The notes under the pieces: generated by a model
What the model saw: only the letters and a program-made list of their open reading frames with translations
The model's database searches: none
What the model was told of the DNA's origin: nothing
Program-made: the position numbers and the translations under genes
Assembly: GCA_038227875.1 (NCBI GenBank)
Contig: JBBRPR010000024.1
Location: 32,001 to 96,000 of the forward strand
Direction of reading: 5' to 3'
DNA from: Planctomycetota bacterium
GTDB lineage: Bacteria; Planctomycetota; SZUA-567; H5-PLA8
Length of the DNA stretch: 64,000 nucleotides
Shown here: one piece after another, positions 60,523-64,000 of the stretch
Numbering within the stretch: position 1 is the first letter of the stretch
How the letters are laid out: each line of letters starts with the position of its first letter

Positions 60523-62327
60523 AGAACCTGTGGCGTGCCTTCAAGCTCGTCCTGCCCCATAAAGGGATGCTGGCGCTGTACCTGTTTTCGGCCGTTGGGC
60601 TGGCGGTCTTCAACAGCTCGTACATCGTGGTCGTAAAAACCTATCTCGACATGCTCGGCGGAAAAATCTCCGAGCACGACAAGATGGGCACGGCCATGCA
60701 CACGGCGCTGGCCTACTTTTTCGGCGGCGATCTGCGCGACAACGTCCGCGGACTGTGCATTCTTTTCTTCGTGCTGATGTTGATGAACGCGATCTTCGAT
60801 TTCGTCAACACCTACGTCGCTTCGTGGCTGGCGCAGCGCCTGCGCATGGAAGCGATGGAACGCATGATGAGCAAGCTGCTCACGCTCGATCATCCGTATT
60901 TCGACAAGCAGAACACCGGCGATCTCGTCAGCCGCATGGTCAGCGACGGCGACAACATGCGCAAGACGATCAAGATCTTCCTCGACTTTCTGCAGCAGCC
61001 GTTCATGGTAATTGGCCTCGTCGCCGTGGCGCTCTACTACGATAGTTTCCTCTTCTGCGTCGGCGCCGTCGGTGTGCCGCTGGTGATCTGGCCGCTGCAG
61101 AAGATCATCCGCAACATCACGCGCCAGACGAAAAAGTATCAGGAGAAGACCGGCGACCTCGCGCAGGCGATGCTGCAGAATCTCGCAGGCATCCGCATCA
61201 TCCACGCGTACGAAGCTTCCGAGGAAGCGTCGCAGAGTTTCTCCGAGATGGCGATGAGCCTTTTCAAGACCGGCATGCGCCGCAACCGCAGCCGCTCGCT
61301 TCAGGATCCGATGACGAAAGTAATGCTCGGCGTCGGGCTGCTGGCGGTGATGCTCGTCGGCGCGGCGCGTTACGCCAACAACCCGACCGCGGATGCGACC
61401 TCGTTTCTTGCCTTCGCCGGAGCGCTCGGCATGCTCTACAACCCCGTGCGCTCGATGATCGGCACAATGGGTGAGCTCGCGGAATTCCTGCCGTCGGCGC
61501 AGCGTACGTTTGAGATTCTTGACATCGTTCCGTCGATTCAAGACGCGCCCAACGCCGTCGCCTGCCCTAAGTTCTCGCGCGAAATTGTCTTTGAGAACGT
61601 CGACTTCGACTACGGCCGCGGCAGCGTGCTCAAAAATCTCAATCTCACCATCAAGGCCGGTGAGAAGATCGGCATCGTCGGCCGCACCGGCGTGGGCAAG
61701 TCGACGCTGCTGTCGTTGTTGCTACGTTTTTACGATCCGACCGGCGGACGTATTTTGATCGACGGCGTCGAATTACGTTCCGCGAAGATGGCCAGCATCC
61801 GCTCGCAGATGGCGCTGGTGACTCAGAAGACGTTCCTCTTTCACACCACCGTCGCCGAGAATATCCGCCTGGGCCGGCCGGGAGCTTCCGATGAAGAAGT
61901 GATCAACGCTGCGAAGACGGCGATGGTTCACGACGAGATCATGCGGCAACCGCTGGGCTACCAGACGCTCTGCGGAGAACGCGGCGGCGAGTTGTTCTCC
62001 GGCGGCCAGGGGCAGCGCATCACGGTGGCGCGCGCGATCCTGCGCAACCCGACGATCCTGCTGCTCGACGAAGCCACCAGCAATCTCGATTCGTTCAGCG
62101 AGCGGCGGGTACAGGAAGCGATCGACAAGCTGCTGAGCAACCGCACGAGCATCATCGTGGCCCATCGGCTCGCCACGCTGCGCAACGTCGACCGCATCCT
62201 GGTCTTCGCGGAGAGCGGCGGCGTGGAAGCGATTGGCACGCACGACGAACTGCTCAAGCAGTCGGCGACGTACCGCCGATTGTGGAGCAACGAACAGAGC
62301 GGCGCGGCGCAGGTGGCCGGAGAGTAA
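60519..62327 (+). CDS. ABC exporter, fused TMD-NBD (MsbA-like)
   Basis: TGDLVSR, GRTGVGKST, LLLRFYDP, GERG..FSGGQGQR, LLLDEATSNLD, VAHRL. Confidence 0.92.
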   Translation: MKNLWRAFKLVLPHKGMLALYLFSAVGLAVFNSSYIVVVKTYLDMLGGKISEHDKMGTAMHTALAYFFGGDLRDNVRGLCILFFVLMLMNAIFDFVNTYVASWLAQRLRMEAMERMMSKLLTLDHPYFDKQNTGDLVSRMVSDGDNMRKTIKIFLDFLQQPFMVIGLVAVALYYDSFLFCVGAVGVPLVIWPLQKIIRNITRQTKKYQEKTGDLAQAMLQNLAGIRIIHAYEASEEASQSFSEMAMSLFKTGMRRNRSRSLQDPMTKVMLGVGLLAVMLVGAARYANNPTADATSFLAFAGALGMLYNPVRSMIGTMGELAEFLPSAQRTFEILDIVPSIQDAPNAVACPKFSREIVFENVDFDYGRGSVLKNLNLTIKAGEKIGIVGRTGVGKSTLLSLLLRFYDPTGGRILIDGVELRSAKMASIRSQMALVTQKTFLFHTTVAENIRLGRPGASDEEVINAAKTAMVHDEIMRQPLGYQTLCGERGGELFSGGQGQRITVARAILRNPTILLLDEATSNLDSFSERRVQEAIDKLLSNRTSIIVAHRLATLRNVDRILVFAESGGVEAIGTHDELLKQSATYRRLWSNEQSGAAQVAGE

Positions 62328-62330
62328 CGT

Positions 62331-62406
62331 TGCAGGCGGGACGCCTGCTCCACAATAACCGCGACGCGCGGCGTCGAAAAATTGTGGTGCGGGCGTCCCG
62401 CCTGCA
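62331..62406. repeat. REP doublet family A, second copy
   Basis: TGCAGGCGGGACGCCTGCTCCACAAT ... ATTGTGGTGCGGGCGTCCCGCCTGCA. Confidence 0.9.
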
Positions 62407-62489
62407 TTCCTCGGTGTTGAATTTTTGAAAGAAATTGGCACTCTATCACGCTGATTTCAGCGGGCAGTGAAAGACAGGGAGGTTGTGGC

Positions 62490-63614
62490 GTGGCGGAAGA
62501 CGAAGTCAAGGATCAGCGGTTCTGGGCGCGCGTGGCGCACCGGTTCTCCGGGCGCGGGCGTATCCGTTCGGTCTTCTTTCTCGCTTCCATGATCTTCGCG
62601 AAGTGGAACCCGATCTGCGCCGGCATCGGCCTGGGCGTCTTCATCGTCGGCATGATCATCCACGGCGTCTCGAAGGGCAATCTCGTCCGCAACAAGCAGC
62701 TCTGCACACAGGGCCCGTACCTGTGGGTGCGCCATCCGTTTTACGTCGCGAATTTCATCATCGATATCTCGCTGTGCCTGATGGCCGGCGTGCCGATTCT
62801 CGCCGCGATCTACGCCATCGCTTTCCCGCTCGCCTACCTGCCGCGCATCTTCGCCGAAGAAGAGGCGCTGCGCGGTTACTTCGGGACCGCGTTCGATGAG
62901 TACTGCAAGACCACGCCGCGGCTCTTTCCGCGCTCGATTCCGCGCCTGATCTCCTGGTCGCGGAGTTCCACGTTTGAACTGCTGCGCTTGGAAAACGAGC
63001 TTTCGCGCCTGATGCGCCTGGCCGCGTACCCATTCTTTATCGCCGCCGTGATCATCGGCAAACGGTACTGGGTCGACCGCAACGAACACAACGAATCGCT
63101 TTTCGCGTTCTGCCTGGCCGTCGCGCTGGCGCAGTGGGCCGCGGGGCAGCTCGTGCATCGCTACCTGGAAGACGGCGATCCGGTGCGCCACCCGGGACTG
63201 TGCCGCGCCTTGATATACGGCTGGATCGTCGTGCCGTTTCTCCCGCTGCTGCAGGACCGTGTGCCCTACGCACGGCTGCCGCAACTGCAGAGCGCAGAGC
63301 AGATCGCCGGGTTGGTGCTGCTGGTGCTGGGCGCGATTCTCGTGTTGAGTTCCCGCGGCTTGAAATTTTCGGGTCGCGAAGGATTTGCGCTGACGATCCT
63401 GGCGCTGAGCTGCGGGCTGATCTCCGGCCAGATCGTACTGGCGCCGCTGGTTGCGCTGCTGATCTGGTCGGGCTGGTTCCTCTCCGCACAGGCCGCGCGC
63501 CCCACGGAAGCCGTCGCCACCACGCCGACCGGCTACCCGCGCGTGATCGCGGGGTTGGCGGTGATGGCGTGCGTGGTTTCAGCGGTTGTGATTGAGAAGC
63601 ACCTGCTGCCGTGA
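62490..63614 (+). CDS. ICMT/PEMT-family membrane methyltransferase with extra C-terminal TMs
   Basis: LCTQGPY.WVRHPFYVAN, EEEALRGYFG..FDEYC..TPR..P; AGGGAGG RBS. Confidence 0.85.
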   Translation: MAEDEVKDQRFWARVAHRFSGRGRIRSVFFLASMIFAKWNPICAGIGLGVFIVGMIIHGVSKGNLVRNKQLCTQGPYLWVRHPFYVANFIIDISLCLMAGVPILAAIYAIAFPLAYLPRIFAEEEALRGYFGTAFDEYCKTTPRLFPRSIPRLISWSRSSTFELLRLENELSRLMRLAAYPFFIAAVIIGKRYWVDRNEHNESLFAFCLAVALAQWAAGQLVHRYLEDGDPVRHPGLCRALIYGWIVVPFLPLLQDRVPYARLPQLQSAEQIAGLVLLVLGAILVLSSRGLKFSGREGFALTILALSCGLISGQIVLAPLVALLIWSGWFLSAQAARPTEAVATTPTGYPRVIAGLAVMACVVSAVVIEKHLLP

Positions 63615-63647
63615 TTTGCAAAATCCGCGCGGGCGGCAGTTAAAGAT

Positions 63648-63732
63648 AATTTTGAATTCTTAATTCTTAATTTTGAATTGTTGTCGCCGCGAAGCACTCA
63701 ATTCAAAATTAAGAATTCAAAATTAAAAATTG
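63648..63732. repeat. inverted AT-rich heptamer arrays (AATTYTK)n
   Basis: AATTTTGAATTCTTAATTCTTAATTTTGAATTG ... CAATTCAAAATTAAGAATTCAAAATT. Confidence 0.85.
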
Positions 63733-63738
63733 CAATAC

Positions 63739-64000
63739 TTATTCCCACTCAATGGTCGCGGGCGGTTTCTGCGAGATGTCGTAGACGACGCGGTTGACGC
63801 CGCGGACTTCGTTGACCACGCGGCTGGAAATTTTGCCCAGCACTTCATAGGGCAGATGCGCCCAGTCGGCGGTCATGCCGTCCTTGGATTCCACCGCGCG
63901 CAGGCAGATCGTTTCGCCATAGGCGCGTTCGTCGCCGAGCACGCCGACGCTGCGCACCGGCAGCAGCACCGCGAACGATTGCCAGAGCTCGCGGCTCAAG
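63739..64000 (-). CDS. guaA: GMP synthase, C-terminal part (runs off the window)
   Basis: [43 protein letters not shown]. Confidence 0.97.
   Translation of the reverse strand, partial: LSRELWQSFAVLLPVRSVGVLGDERAYGETICLRAVESKDGMTADWAHLPYEVLGKISSRVVNEVRGVNRVVYDISQKPPATIEWE

Noticed and set aside
61990..62020. FSGGQGQR variant of the ABC signature as evidence of an inactive ATPase
   Set aside because: FSGGQ is a common functional variant, and Walker A, Walker B, the D-loop and the H-loop are intact.

Overview
A GC-rich bacterial chromosomal window with a Planctomycetota/PVC-like gene repertoire. The taxonomy is inferred from the Ser/Thr kinase, HEAT/WD40/FGE proteins, the bL28 with a GGIG insertion and the dense intergenic palindromes. 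Housekeeping genes: rnc, aroC, lspA-pyrD, tig-clpP-clpX, an Opp/Dpp-type SBP with two permeases, rpmF-fabH-fabD, rpmB, a GT2-msbA-like-methyltransferase block and the 3' end of guaA. Accessory genes: a DUF433/PIN toxin-antitoxin pair, SMI1/KNR4, HEAT, DUF695, clan GH-A hydrolases and a matrixin-PKD protein. I found no rRNA, tRNA, CRISPR array, transposase, integrase or reverse transcriptase. The most unusual items are: (1) a predicted lipoprotein that fuses near full-length, degenerate FlgG/F-like and FlgC-like flagellar rod modules, with no other flagellar gene in the window; (2) an AT-hook, Lys-rich histone-like gene followed by a 47-aa extremely basic ORF, divergent from rpmB; (3) many REP/REPIN and heptamer-repeat elements, including one composite element seen both empty and carrying a cargo ORF; (4) an FGE/CLec-fold gene whose 3' end resembles a DGR variable region; (5) three single-base frameshifts that may be assembly errors. 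All calls come from reading motifs by eye; no database searches were run.
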